Source: a virus. Taken from it: DNA of 64,000 nt. Under the pieces are notes generated by a model. It ran no database searches. It saw only the letters and a list, made by a program, of their open reading frames with translations, and was not told where the DNA came from. Of the stretch, positions 9,930-19,058 are shown in pieces; the first letter of the stretch is position 1; the number at the start of each line of letters is the position of its first letter. Position numbers and translations under genes: made by a program. The stretch covers positions 32,001 to 96,000 of IMG/VR virus record IMGVR_UViG_3300025534_000004; one strand, 5' to 3'.

Positions 9930-10620
9930 CCGGTCTTTTCGGCCTCGGCAACCGGTTCCGGACGATTTTCCGGCCTTCATTTTTCCTCATCCTCACCATG
10001 CAACGCTTTTCCTCCCCCGCGCCGCGCGCATAGCCCCATGGACGGGATTGGCGCACGGCGCAGGGGAGGATGAACAACAACGACCATGCGTTGCCCACAA
10101 AGCCACGTTGCCGGTGTTACCCGGCGCTGGCGGTTTCCCGATGACCAGCTTGAGCAGCCTCATCCCGGTCCAGTCCCACCTACGGGCGGAGCTTTGGGGC
10201 GTGCCGACGTGTGCGCCTTCCAGCAAGCTGGGGGTTCGCCCTTTTCACGCCGGAGCCTTGCGCTCCCGGTGGACCGCAGGACCAAACGGTTATGGCGCGC
10301 GTGGCGCGCCAAGCTCGCGCGCTCGGCTTGTGAGCAACCGGCGCGCGCGGACAGTTACCAAATCGTTCAAGGCATAGCTGTCCTCTTGTGAGTGCCTTTC
10401 GCCATGCCGCGAGGCATGGACGGGCAGCCGTCACCACCTTTCTTTCGTGCGCTACCGCTCGATGGCGGGCCGTCCACGGGTGGCAACCGTCCCTTCGGGC
10501 GCGCTCCCTAGCTGCCGGTCTGCGGCGGCCTCTCGACCTGCCTTGTAGAGTCCCGGCGATTTCAGGCTGTTTGAGGCGGGGCCACCCCAACTTGACTGCC
10601 CCTGCGCGGTATATTGGTGT
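9930..10620 (-). ncRNA. Candidate large structured non-coding RNA
   Basis: No credible ORF; dense stems with G-U wobbles and GNRA loops on the minus strand; TTGACA at 10654-10659 upstream. Confidence 0.5.
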
Positions 10621-11347
10621 CGTGGCACCGAATTAATCCAGTCGCGGGCGCGGTGTCAAGCATCGGCTGCGGCCCCATGAGGCGTCGGAACAGCCCTTCG
10701 ACATCGAAGGCGAGCGGACGGGAAAGGACGGTTGCGCGCTCCTCTGGCGGCAGCCCGATGATCTGGGCTTCATACTCGGCCAGCGCCGCATTGAACGCCC
10801 GGACCGCCGCAATCTCGTCCGGCGCGGCATAGGTGTGCGGCTGGTACGCAAGGCGGCCCCTGAACAGGAAACGGCGTTGCAGCGCGATCATGGCCTCCTT
10901 GACCATGCCCGCCGTCGCGCACCGCATCCCCTCCCGGTCGAAGTCGAGGGACGCCAAGCCATCCCGCACAAAGAGCTTGATGGCGAGCGGCATATGCCCG
11001 GCATGGTGATTGAAGCACCGTGAGCAGGGCATGAGGTTCCACGGCCGCTTGACCTCCTCACCGCCGTGGCGGATCGCCACGAGATGTTCCCTCGTCATCG
11101 CCCATGGGAGAGAATACAGGGAGCGTCCCTTGAGCAGGTTCGGCGGCGCCCAATAGAGGCGCGCCCCGGTCAGGAAGCACCGGAACTCGTGGATGCGCCC
11201 GGCCGCCAGCATCCTCCCGAAGTGATGCCGCTTCAAGCTGCGCGGGAACTCCACCCACCTCAGCCATTCGATGATGGGCTGGCCGTCCGGCGCGATCCTG
11301 CGGACGACAGGAAAGACGCGCAGGTCCGACGCCATGGCGAACGTCAT
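10562..11347 (-). CDS. HNH-type endonuclease
   Basis: CFLTG...TREHLVAIRHGG...NLMPCSRCFNHHAG, an HNH beta-beta-alpha-metal pattern. Confidence 0.6.
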   Translation of the reverse strand: MTFAMASDLRVFPVVRRIAPDGQPIIEWLRWVEFPRSLKRHHFGRMLAAGRIHEFRCFLTGARLYWAPPNLLKGRSLYSLPWAMTREHLVAIRHGGEEVKRPWNLMPCSRCFNHHAGHMPLAIKLFVRDGLASLDFDREGMRCATAGMVKEAMIALQRRFLFRGRLAYQPHTYAAPDEIAAVRAFNAALAEYEAQIIGLPPEERATVLSRPLAFDVEGLFRRLMGPQPMLDTAPATGLIRCHDTNIPRRGSQVGVAPPQTA

Positions 11348-11348
11348 T

Positions 11349-11690
11349 TCAGGCTTTCACCCCGACCCAGCCCTGCGGCGTCCGGACCATCAACTCCTCG
11401 CCGCAGCGCGCGGCCTCGATCCCGGCGCGGTGCAGCATGTCCTCGGCAGCGGCGAAGGCGGCATCCGAACCGTCCGCCAGCTTGCGCTTCGTGGCGGCGA
11501 CCCACTTCGCCCAGAAATCGACTTGGCTGGTGTTCTTGGCCGACTTGCGGCCATAGAGGGCGGCTCCAGCGCAGTTCCGGCCGAAATGGACGGTCTCGCC
11601 GTCCCGGCCCAGCACCACGGTGCATTTCAGGCCCTTCTTGCCGCAGCAGTCACAGACCGTGATCTCGTCGGTGATGCCAAGGACCTTCAT
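11349..11690 (-). CDS. Small zinc-binding phage protein
   Basis: CDCCGK...HFGRNCA; strong upstream promoter. Confidence 0.7.
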   Translation of the reverse strand: MKVLGITDEITVCDCCGKKGLKCTVVLGRDGETVHFGRNCAGAALYGRKSAKNTSQVDFWAKWVAATKRKLADGSDAAFAAAEDMLHRAGIEAARCGEELMVRTPQGWVGVKA

Positions 11691-11715
11691 GGAAACCGCT
11701 CCGTCCGATGGCGCC

Positions 11716-11760
11716 CTTATAGGAGCATAACGAAATGCGGTCAACCGAATTAATTTGGTT
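11716..11760 (-). promoter_or_regulatory. sigma70-type promoter TTGACC-N17-TATAAG with overlapping 18-bp palindromic box
   Basis: Minus strand reads AACCAAATTAATTCGGTTGACC-gcatttcgttatgctcc-TATAAG. Confidence 0.75.
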
Positions 11761-12779
11761 CAGCGATCCTCGTCATCCCACTCGTCCTCGTCCGCCTCCG
11801 GCTCGTAGTCCGGGTCGTAGAAGCCGAAGTCCTCGTACATGTCGAGGGCGGCGAGGAAGTCACGGGCGTTCGTGAAGATGAAGCACTCGCCCTCCTTCCC
11901 GATCTTCTCCTCGTCGCTCAGGGTGGTTTCGAAGGAGACGAAGAAGCTGGGCGGGATGCGCCCGCTGTATGAGAAGATGCCGGTTGCCTTGGTCCAGTCG
12001 GTCTTGCCGCTGTAGCGGCGGATGGCGTCGATGCGCTCTCGCTCATAAGAAGCATCGAAGTGACGCGTTGCCGCCGCCGTGTAGCCTTCGCGGTCGGTTT
12101 CCGCGCCGGGACCATGGAAGCTGACTGCCACGTCGTAATCGAGGCCGATCCGGCTGCGGTCAGGCAGGCGCGTGGCGATAATCACGGGCGCGGCATAGTG
12201 CTTTTCGGCCTGCCGGTTCGCATGGAAGGCAGCCGTGGCGCGGTCAACGGTCAGAAACACCTTACCATGGAATTTGCCGATTTCTGCCCAATTGGCATTG
12301 CTGGTCGGCATGATGCCTTTGCGCAGGATGGCACGGATGTATTTGGTGCTCGTGCCATGATAGACCACCTGCGGGATGTCGCCGATGAGCTTGTCGCGCG
12401 TGTAATCGACCTCGTAGGTATCGCCGTCGTGGCGATTGCGCTCCAAGGCGATACCGTCGAGGCCGAGCGCCTGCACCAGCTTGCGGACCAGCGGGCTGGA
12501 AGCCGGGTGGTACCGCATGTTGTCGGAATTGAGTAAGAGACGTTTGTTGTGGATGAGCCCGACGAGGATGTCAGGGCGACCGTCCCACACGGCATCCGCG
12601 ATATCGCCGATGGTTTTTCCCTCGACGCCAGTGGCCTTTGCGATATCGGCGAGCATGTCGGCGTCGTCATCGTCATAATCGCTGATCCAGATATAGCCCG
12701 CATGTGCGATCACGTACGCCCCGTCCCGTGGGGTGCCCGCGCGCACGATCATCTCATTGAGGATTTCCCAAGCCCGCAT
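11760..12779 (-). CDS. ADP-ribosyltransferase-like (Tpt1/KptA-type fold) protein with virion leader
   Basis: VYHGTSTKYIRAILRKGIMP...VFLT motif; leader MRAWEILNE; TAAATA at 12820-12825. Confidence 0.6.
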   Translation of the reverse strand: MRAWEILNEMIVRAGTPRDGAYVIAHAGYIWISDYDDDDADMLADIAKATGVEGKTIGDIADAVWDGRPDILVGLIHNKRLLLNSDNMRYHPASSPLVRKLVQALGLDGIALERNRHDGDTYEVDYTRDKLIGDIPQVVYHGTSTKYIRAILRKGIMPTSNANWAEIGKFHGKVFLTVDRATAAFHANRQAEKHYAAPVIIATRLPDRSRIGLDYDVAVSFHGPGAETDREGYTAAATRHFDASYERERIDAIRRYSGKTDWTKATGIFSYSGRIPPSFFVSFETTLSDEEKIGKEGECFIFTNARDFLAALDMYEDFGFYDPDYEPEADEDEWDDEDR

Positions 12780-12822
12780 AGCCGTTGCATTCCACACGCC
12801 GGAAGTGGCGTTATCCGGCTAT

Positions 12823-13215
12823 TTAGACCGGGCGCAGCCTCCCCTCGCGGTCGAATGCCGCGACCAGCTTCGGCCACGTCCCCACGTCGCCCTGATCGGC
12901 AGGATCGAGGTTGAATTCCGAGACCACGTAGTAGTGGTCCGGATGCTCGATGAACTTTGCGAACTCACCCGCTGCGATGCGGGAACAGAGTTCATCGAAA
13001 TCGGTGAACAGATGCACGGCGCGGTCCACGCTCTGCGCCTCTCCGTCAGCCATCACCGCGTCGCGGCGGATGCACAGGCTGTATACCTTGGTCGGGGAGA
13101 AAAAGGTCGCCCAGACCTTCGGGAAGATCAGCTTCGCACCAAACACGAACGCGACTACGGAGACTGCCAGCTTGAGCAGCGCCAAGATGGCAACCACTGC
13201 GAACACCTCTCCCAT
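12823..13215 (-). CDS. Membrane-anchored hypothetical protein
   Basis: N-terminal hydrophobic helix; coupled to the upstream gene. Confidence 0.55.
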   Translation of the reverse strand: MGEVFAVVAILALLKLAVSVVAFVFGAKLIFPKVWATFFSPTKVYSLCIRRDAVMADGEAQSVDRAVHLFTDFDELCSRIAAGEFAKFIEHPDHYYVVSEFNLDPADQGDVGTWPKLVAAFDREGRLRPV

Positions 13216-13844
13216 CAGGCATCTTCCTTGGGAGATGGAACGCACGTGACGTGATCTGCGAAGGCGCGTTCCGAGACCCGCTGCAAGACGCGCGCGCTGT
13301 GTCCACAAACGAAGCGGCAGAAGCCGCTGAGCAGGGTCGATGTGGCGTTCAACGGCCAGCACGTCACCCAGAGCAGCAGTTGGCTCTTATGATCGCCAAT
13401 CTTGAGCGGGATATTCTTGACGCGGAGTTTCAGGCACGCCTCGTCGATGATCCGCTCCATGCCCTTTGTGGTGAGTCCCCCGGCCTCGGTGAGCAGGTGA
13501 TTGGAGACGGAAAACTCCATGTCGCTCAGGTAGTATTCGAGCCGCTTCACCTTGAAGGCGAGGAATTTGTCGTGGACCTCATACACGTGGCTCATCCACT
13601 TGAGCGCGCCCCAGACCACGCCGATGCCGAAATAGAGACCGAGCAGCACCAGCGTGGCGGTCGGATTGGCGAAGGCCGGCGTGAAGGGATGGAAATCCGT
13701 GAACAACTGCAAGAGGCACGTGAAGGCGAGAACGATCAGGATGGCGACGGCCGGGACGTTGTTCTCGACCACTACGAACAGGAGGAGGAGCACCGTTGCG
13801 GTGACGATCCAGAACAGGAGGTCGCCGACCAAGAGGATTTCCAT
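13215..13844 (-). CDS. Integral membrane protein
   Basis: Several hydrophobic segments; WVTCWP motif. Confidence 0.65.
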   Translation of the reverse strand: MEILLVGDLLFWIVTATVLLLLFVVVENNVPAVAILIVLAFTCLLQLFTDFHPFTPAFANPTATLVLLGLYFGIGVVWGALKWMSHVYEVHDKFLAFKVKRLEYYLSDMEFSVSNHLLTEAGGLTTKGMERIIDEACLKLRVKNIPLKIGDHKSQLLLWVTCWPLNATSTLLSGFCRFVCGHSARVLQRVSERAFADHVTCVPSPKEDA

Positions 13845-13920
13845 GGAATGGCTCTCTGAAATGAGCTTGAGGATGTGGAGGAGACAGTCGTGTCGGCCGC
13901 GCTTCACGGCTCAGGGCGGG

Positions 13921-14154
13921 CTATGAGGAGACCAGCGCCTCCCGTCGGAGCGCCTGCACGGCCGAGTTCAGGGCCGCGAATGCCTGTATGGCCTCTGGGC
14001 TGGCGTGTTCGAGGAGATCGTCGAAAGCCGCCTCATAGGCTTCGACAAGCTCCTGAGCGCGTTCCTCGAAGGCAGGATGCTTCCCGATCATGCGGAGCGT
14101 CTTGATCGCGTTCCGCCGGATGTCGTCGAAACGGTCGATGTCGATGTACGCCAT
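13921..14154 (-). CDS. Small hypothetical protein
   Basis: AAGGTGG RBS just downstream of tRNA-Cys. Confidence 0.6.
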   Translation of the reverse strand: MAYIDIDRFDDIRRNAIKTLRMIGKHPAFEERAQELVEAYEAAFDDLLEHASPEAIQAFAALNSAVQALRREALVSS

Positions 14155-14172
14155 GCATCCACCTTTGCGGAA

Positions 14173-14246
14173 TGGAGATGTGGGCTGGAATCGAACCAGC
14201 GTGGACGCTTTTGCAGAGCGTCACCTAACCACTCGGCCACCACATC
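14173..14246 (-). tRNA. tRNA-Cys(GCA)
   Basis: Cloverleaf; GCA anticodon; U73; encoded CCA; TTGACT-N17-TAGAGT promoter upstream. Confidence 0.92.
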
Positions 14247-14381
14247 GCCGGGCGAGAGGACGGTCGTTCGAGGGGGACGTAGGGAGGCCCGCCCTCTCGC
14301 GAGGTCGCCGATCTCTCGGCGACGGAATGAACTCTACACCACTTAAACATGGAAGTCAATACCGATATTTCGTGGTGCGCA

Positions 14382-14774
14382 TCAGGACGGAACGGTGTTC
14401 CTTTGCTTCACCATCAAACGCCTGATGGTGCGGTCGAACCAATCCCGGCGCATGGGCGGCCCATCCTCCAACCATCTGTAGAAGGCGGTTATCGCCTCCG
14501 CCTCGCTGACGCGCCTGTTCGACGCGCAGAAGCGGAGCGCCCGGCTCGGCGTCGCCTTATCGCCATTCCATCCCTGCCAGCCCAGCAAAAAGGTGGGCCG
14601 ATAGTCGGCAGTCTCCGGTCAGCCATGCCATGCCGCGCCACGCAACCGCACCAGCATCAGCGTTGCGAGGCTCGGCAGGTGTGGGGCGGACAGGATGATC
14701 TCATCCCCTTCCCTGACCCGCCTCACGGTCCCGAAGGGCGTCGAGCGGCTGCTTTGCTCGGTCCGAGACCACAT
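14382..14774 (-). pseudogene. Second copy of a tandem paralog, interrupted by in-frame TGA at 14619-14621
   Basis: GDEIILSAPHLP...WHG*PET...LGWQGWNG aligns with the paralog at 14774-15253. Confidence 0.55.
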
Positions 14775-15253
14775 CACCGGGCGTCCGTCCGAAGGAGGCG
14801 AATCGGCCCCTGTTCCATCTCGCGCCAAAAGGCTTCGGTCGCCTGCGCCTCCTCCCGGAAATGCAAGCACCAGCGCAACCGCCCGTCCGTGGTCGCCGCC
14901 CTGCCATCCCAACCCTGCCAGCCCAGCACGATTTTCGGGCGGGCCTGCCTCCTGTGGGACCGGACGGGACGCCGCCGCTGGGCCAGCACCAAGGTGGCGA
15001 AGGTCGGCAGGTGCGGGGCGGAGAGCATGATCTCGTCGCCACGGCGGATACCCACGACCGTGGGCCGCCTTGCCCGTGGGTCGTGCGCTGGCCGAACCGT
15101 CCGAATCGGAGGGATCATGCTTGCGCGGTTGATGGGACTTCCGGTGATGAAGCGGGGCATCGTACCGTGCGGGTTGCCGTTCGACAGATCAGGGGGCAGT
15201 GGGATGATCCCGCCGCCGATGGTACCGAACTTCTCGCTCATTGCGTTTCTCAT
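14774..15253 (-). CDS. Hypothetical protein (tandem paralog 1)
   Basis: GDEIMLSAPHLP and LGWQGWDG motifs; coupled to the metG stop. Confidence 0.55.
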   Translation of the reverse strand: MRNAMSEKFGTIGGGIIPLPPDLSNGNPHGTMPRFITGSPINRASMIPPIRTVRPAHDPRARRPTVVGIRRGDEIMLSAPHLPTFATLVLAQRRRPVRSHRRQARPKIVLGWQGWDGRAATTDGRLRWCLHFREEAQATEAFWREMEQGPIRLLRTDAR

Positions 15254-16758
15254 GCCGCCACCCTCGGGAAGATCGGGCTCGGGGCAGGCAACGGAGCGCC
15301 ATCAACCGCCCCCCGCAGCGCATGGACGGTCCGCTGGTCAGCGGGCACCCCCAATTGGTCCAGCAGACGGGCCATGGCCCCCGGCATGAAGGGCTGCAAC
15401 ACCACCGCGACCGCGCGCAGGGCATCCAGCAGGATGCGCAGGACCGTATCCGCCCGCTCGGGATCGGTCTTGCGAAGCGCCCACGGGGCTTGGCGGGCGA
15501 TGTAGGCATTCGCCTCCCGCACCACATTCCAGACGATGTCCAGCGCCTCGTGGAGGGCATGACGGCGCATCGCCCGATCCACCCCCTCGGGCAGGTCCGT
15601 CGTTGCATGGGCGAAGGCATCGCACAGCGCCCATTCCCGGTCATGGATGCGCGGGACCGTTCCGCCCGCCTTCTGGATCAGGCTGAGTGTCCGCTGAGCC
15701 AGATTACCAAGATCGTTCGCCAACTCATTGTTAATGCGGGAGATCAGGCTGGTGCGGGAGAAGTCGCCATCATTGCCGAAGGGCATTTCACGGAGCAGGA
15801 AGTAGCGCACCGGATCGAGGCCGAACTCCTCGACCAAATCCTTCGGATTCAGGACGTTGCCGAGCGACTTTGACATCTTCTCGCCCTCGACCGTCCACCA
15901 GCCATGGGCGAATACCCGCTCCGGCAAGGGCAGGTCGGCCGCCATCAGGATGGCGGGCCAGATGATGGCGTGGAAGCGCACGATCTCCTTGCCGACGAGG
16001 TGGAGCGACGCGGGCCAGAAGCCTGATCTTTCAGCATTCTGCACGGCCGAGAGATAGTTGGTCAGGGCATCCAGCCAGACATACATCACATGCCCCTCGG
16101 CGCCGGGCACCGGGATGCCCCATGTGAAGGAGGTGCGGCTGATCGAGAGGTCCGGCAGGTCGCGCCGAAGCATCGCCAGCACTTCATTGCGAGCCGACAA
16201 CGGCGCGAGGAAATCCGGATGCCCCTCGATATGGGCGATCAGGCGCTCCCGGAATTTCGAGAGCCGGAAGAAGTAGCTGGGCTCCCGCACCCGCTCCACG
16301 GTCGCACCCGTCGGGGCGGTCCGGCGGCCGTCCGGGTGCAGGGTCACCTCGTCGTCGCCGTAGAAGCACTCGTCACGGGTCGCGTACCAGCCCTCATACT
16401 CGCCGAGGTAGATGTGTCCGGCGGCTGCGAGCTTCTCCCAGAGCGCCCGGCAGGTGGCCTTGTGCCGGTCCTCGGTGGTCCGGATGAAATCGTCGTAGGA
16501 GACGCCCATCAAGTCGGCCATGGCGCGGAACTCGGCCGACACCCGGTCGGCGAACGCCTGCGGGCTTTCGCCTGCGGCAGCCGCCGCCTGCTCGACCTTC
16601 TGGCCGTGCTCGTCGGTCCCGGTCAGGAAGAACACCTCCCGCCCCATCAGCCGGTGCCAGCGGGCCAGAACATCGGCCGCCACCGAGGTGTAGGCGTGTC
16701 CGATATGGGGGCTGCCGTTCACGTAATAGATCGGCGTGGTGATGTATATGCGCTGCAT
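15250..16758 (-). CDS. metG: Methionine--tRNA ligase (short form, no C-terminal tRNA-binding appendage)
   Basis: YITTPIYYVNGSPHIGHAY, TGTDEHG, YVWLDAL and KMSKSLGN motifs. Confidence 0.95.
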   Translation of the reverse strand: MQRIYITTPIYYVNGSPHIGHAYTSVAADVLARWHRLMGREVFFLTGTDEHGQKVEQAAAAAGESPQAFADRVSAEFRAMADLMGVSYDDFIRTTEDRHKATCRALWEKLAAAGHIYLGEYEGWYATRDECFYGDDEVTLHPDGRRTAPTGATVERVREPSYFFRLSKFRERLIAHIEGHPDFLAPLSARNEVLAMLRRDLPDLSISRTSFTWGIPVPGAEGHVMYVWLDALTNYLSAVQNAERSGFWPASLHLVGKEIVRFHAIIWPAILMAADLPLPERVFAHGWWTVEGEKMSKSLGNVLNPKDLVEEFGLDPVRYFLLREMPFGNDGDFSRTSLISRINNELANDLGNLAQRTLSLIQKAGGTVPRIHDREWALCDAFAHATTDLPEGVDRAMRRHALHEALDIVWNVVREANAYIARQAPWALRKTDPERADTVLRILLDALRAVAVVLQPFMPGAMARLLDQLGVPADQRTVHALRGAVDGAPLPAPSPIFPRVAA

Positions 16759-16898
16759 GGAAATGGCCTTCGGACGAAGGCGGGCACCTTAGCACCACCT
16801 TTTTTCCGTGCAACCGCTTTCCTTCGGTACACGCCATAAGGAAGTAGACCGGCTCGGATTTCCGTCGCTATGATGGGGCGAACGCATTTGAGAGCGCA

Positions 16899-17342
16899 AT
16901 GTTCGAACCGGACACTACTTGCGTGGCGGCCCTGCGGAGCCTGACCACCTTCGACAGCGTGGCGCATTTCGTCCTCCGGCATCAGGACCGGCTTTTCCCG
17001 GTCGGGATGCCCGCGCTCACCGACCTCAGCATCGTCGAGATGACGTGGAACGACCGCTGCCCCACCTATTACTGCGCCCCCGCCGGGCACATATCGGCAC
17101 GGAACCTCCCTGCCCGTGGCTATCCCGGCTGGGTCGGGAGGATGAACCTCCACTACGCAGGCCACGAACGCGATCTCCGCCACGAATTCAACGCCCTCGG
17201 CCTGTACCTGACAGCAGGTTTCACGGGCTCCCGCACCGGCCTCGCCGTGTTCTGGTCGGCCACCCTGACGATGTTCGCGGAGGAATGGGTCAGCCTTGCC
17301 GCCATGCAGCGGCTCGGCGGCGAGACCGGCGCGCTGGCATGA
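16899..17342 (+). CDS. Hypothetical protein
   Basis: ORF track; plausible codon usage. Confidence 0.5.
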   Translation: MFEPDTTCVAALRSLTTFDSVAHFVLRHQDRLFPVGMPALTDLSIVEMTWNDRCPTYYCAPAGHISARNLPARGYPGWVGRMNLHYAGHERDLRHEFNALGLYLTAGFTGSRTGLAVFWSATLTMFAEEWVSLAAMQRLGGETGALA

Positions 17343-17449
17343 CCGGTTCGATGGGGAGACGCCCGCGCGCACGGAAGAACGCCGTTTACAACAACGGCCT
17401 TTCTTGGTAACGTGTATCGGCACGTCTCATTTTCAGAAGGCCACTTTCG

Positions 17450-18058
17450 ATGAACGACCTGATTGCGTTGGTGCGGGACGCCAATCCCGGTCGCCACCAC
17501 TCCAACATCTTCCGGCGCGCGGTCAAGCTGATGGAGGAGGCCGGTGAGGTCTCCGAGGCTTGGCTGAACGTCACTTCGGCCGCCAACAGCAAGGGCAAGA
17601 CGTGGGATGATGTCCGCGAGGAGATCGCGGATGTGCTCATCGTGGCCCTCGACGTGGCCCTGACGCCCCTGCCCCATGAGACGAACGCGACGGGCCTCGT
17701 CGAGGCGGTCCGGGGGCGCACGGAGGCGGCGCTGAGCGGCGTGTTCCTGTCCCGCGACCCCGCGCAGTTCGGTCGCGTCTTTGCCCATGTCGGCAAGCTG
17801 ATCGGCAAGATTATGTCCGCCATCACCGAGGCCGAGTCGTCCGAGGATGCCGACGGGCAATGGATGATGGTCCGCTACGAAACCCTATCCCTCGCGCAGG
17901 CTGCCGCCGAACTCGCCATGGTATGCCTGCCCGACCGCGTGGAGGATGACTTCACGACCCGGCGCACGGGGCTGGACAAGGAAGTCCTTCGCAAGCTGGC
18001 GAAATGGACCACGAACCGCGCCCGCCGCGTCGATGCCATAACGGAGGATGCGGTGTGA
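17450..18058 (+). CDS. MazG-like nucleotide pyrophosphohydrolase
   Basis: KLMEEAGEVSEA...EEIADVLIVALD (EExxE...ExxD). Confidence 0.8.
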   Translation: MNDLIALVRDANPGRHHSNIFRRAVKLMEEAGEVSEAWLNVTSAANSKGKTWDDVREEIADVLIVALDVALTPLPHETNATGLVEAVRGRTEAALSGVFLSRDPAQFGRVFAHVGKLIGKIMSAITEAESSEDADGQWMMVRYETLSLAQAAAELAMVCLPDRVEDDFTTRRTGLDKEVLRKLAKWTTNRARRVDAITEDAV

Positions 18059-18078
18059 TCAGGTGAGGGCGAAAGCCC

Positions 18079-18612
18079 TCACTCGCCGCCCTTCATCTGC
18101 GCACGGAGCCGCTTGATCAGGTCGTTCCTGTCCTCGACGATCACGGCATCCGCCTGCATCGCCTCCGGCTGCTCGCCCATCTCATGCTTGAGCTTGCGCT
18201 CCTCAAGGTCAAGCTTGCGCTTGTCGAGCGCCAGCTTCATCGCCTCAAGCTGGCGCTTGCGCTTGGTGTCCTTCGCCTCTATCGCCCGACTGTACATTGT
18301 GGCCGCCACCTCGAACATTCGGGCCGCCCGTGCGTGGTCGATGTTGAAGCCGAGGTCCACGATGTTCCGCGCGTGCTCCAAGGTCTCCTTGAACACCATG
18401 TCCATGGCGTCGGCGTGATCCTTGCCCTCCACGGTGGCAAGCTGCGTCTCGGCGGCCTGCGCCACCTCCAAGATACGCGCCAGTTCGGGGTCTGGCGTCT
18501 CCTCCCCGTCATCTCCGAGGCCCGGATCGGGGTCCTCGGGCAGCAACCCGCGCTCCCGGAGAGCTTCCTCAAGCGGCGGGAGGTTCAGCATCGTCTCAAT
18601 GCCTTGAGTCAT
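18079..18612 (-). CDS. Conserved helical morphogenesis-region protein (possible terminase small subunit-like)
   Basis: Coupled to the head-completion nuclease; coiled coil; DRNDLIK tail. Confidence 0.55.
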   Translation of the reverse strand: MTQGIETMLNLPPLEEALRERGLLPEDPDPGLGDDGEETPDPELARILEVAQAAETQLATVEGKDHADAMDMVFKETLEHARNIVDLGFNIDHARAARMFEVAATMYSRAIEAKDTKRKRQLEAMKLALDKRKLDLEERKLKHEMGEQPEAMQADAVIVEDRNDLIKRLRAQMKGGE

Positions 18613-19049
18613 GACTTTCTCTTATATGCAAACATCTCTTGCTCATTCGCCACCCGGAATTTCCAGCCGCGTTTGGCGCAGTAGGCGATGGCCGCCTGAA
18701 ATTTCGCGGCATTGATCGCCTGCACCAGCGCGGTTTGCTTCGAGACTTTTCCGGTATACTGCGGGCACTCCTTGAGCGGTTTCACTTCAATCATTTCGCA
18801 GTGTTTTGCACCAGACCGATCAACGTAGATGACCAAGAAGTCCGGTACATACATCGACCATTGCCCCGTCAGCGGATTCTTGTAAGGAATCGAGATGGTT
18901 TCGGAACTCCACCCCAAGACCGACGGATGGGTGTCGAATAGTCTCATCATGGGAAGCTCCCATGACGAACGGTAAATGATGGGATACTTCCCGAGGTATT
19001 TCTGGGGATTTTTCGGGGTGAACTCCCCCTTCGCGGTTTTCTTCGCCAT
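18609..19049 (-). CDS. Head completion nuclease (T4 gp4-like, TnsA-N fold)
   Basis: PKNPQKY...YRSSWE...WSSE...YVPDF...IEVKP...K motifs. Confidence 0.88.
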   Translation of the reverse strand: MAKKTAKGEFTPKNPQKYLGKYPIIYRSSWELPMMRLFDTHPSVLGWSSETISIPYKNPLTGQWSMYVPDFLVIYVDRSGAKHCEMIEVKPLKECPQYTGKVSKQTALVQAINAAKFQAAIAYCAKRGWKFRVANEQEMFAYKRKS

Positions 19050-19058
19050 GACGCGATC

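Noticed and set aside
14382-15253. Diversity-generating retroelement TR/VR pair
   Set aside because: Differences between the copies are not adenine-specific and no reverse transcriptase is present in the window
18609-19049. Tn7-like transposon (TnsA)
   Set aside because: The fold is shared with the T4 gp4 head-completion nuclease; the context is morphogenesis genes with no tnsB/tnsC
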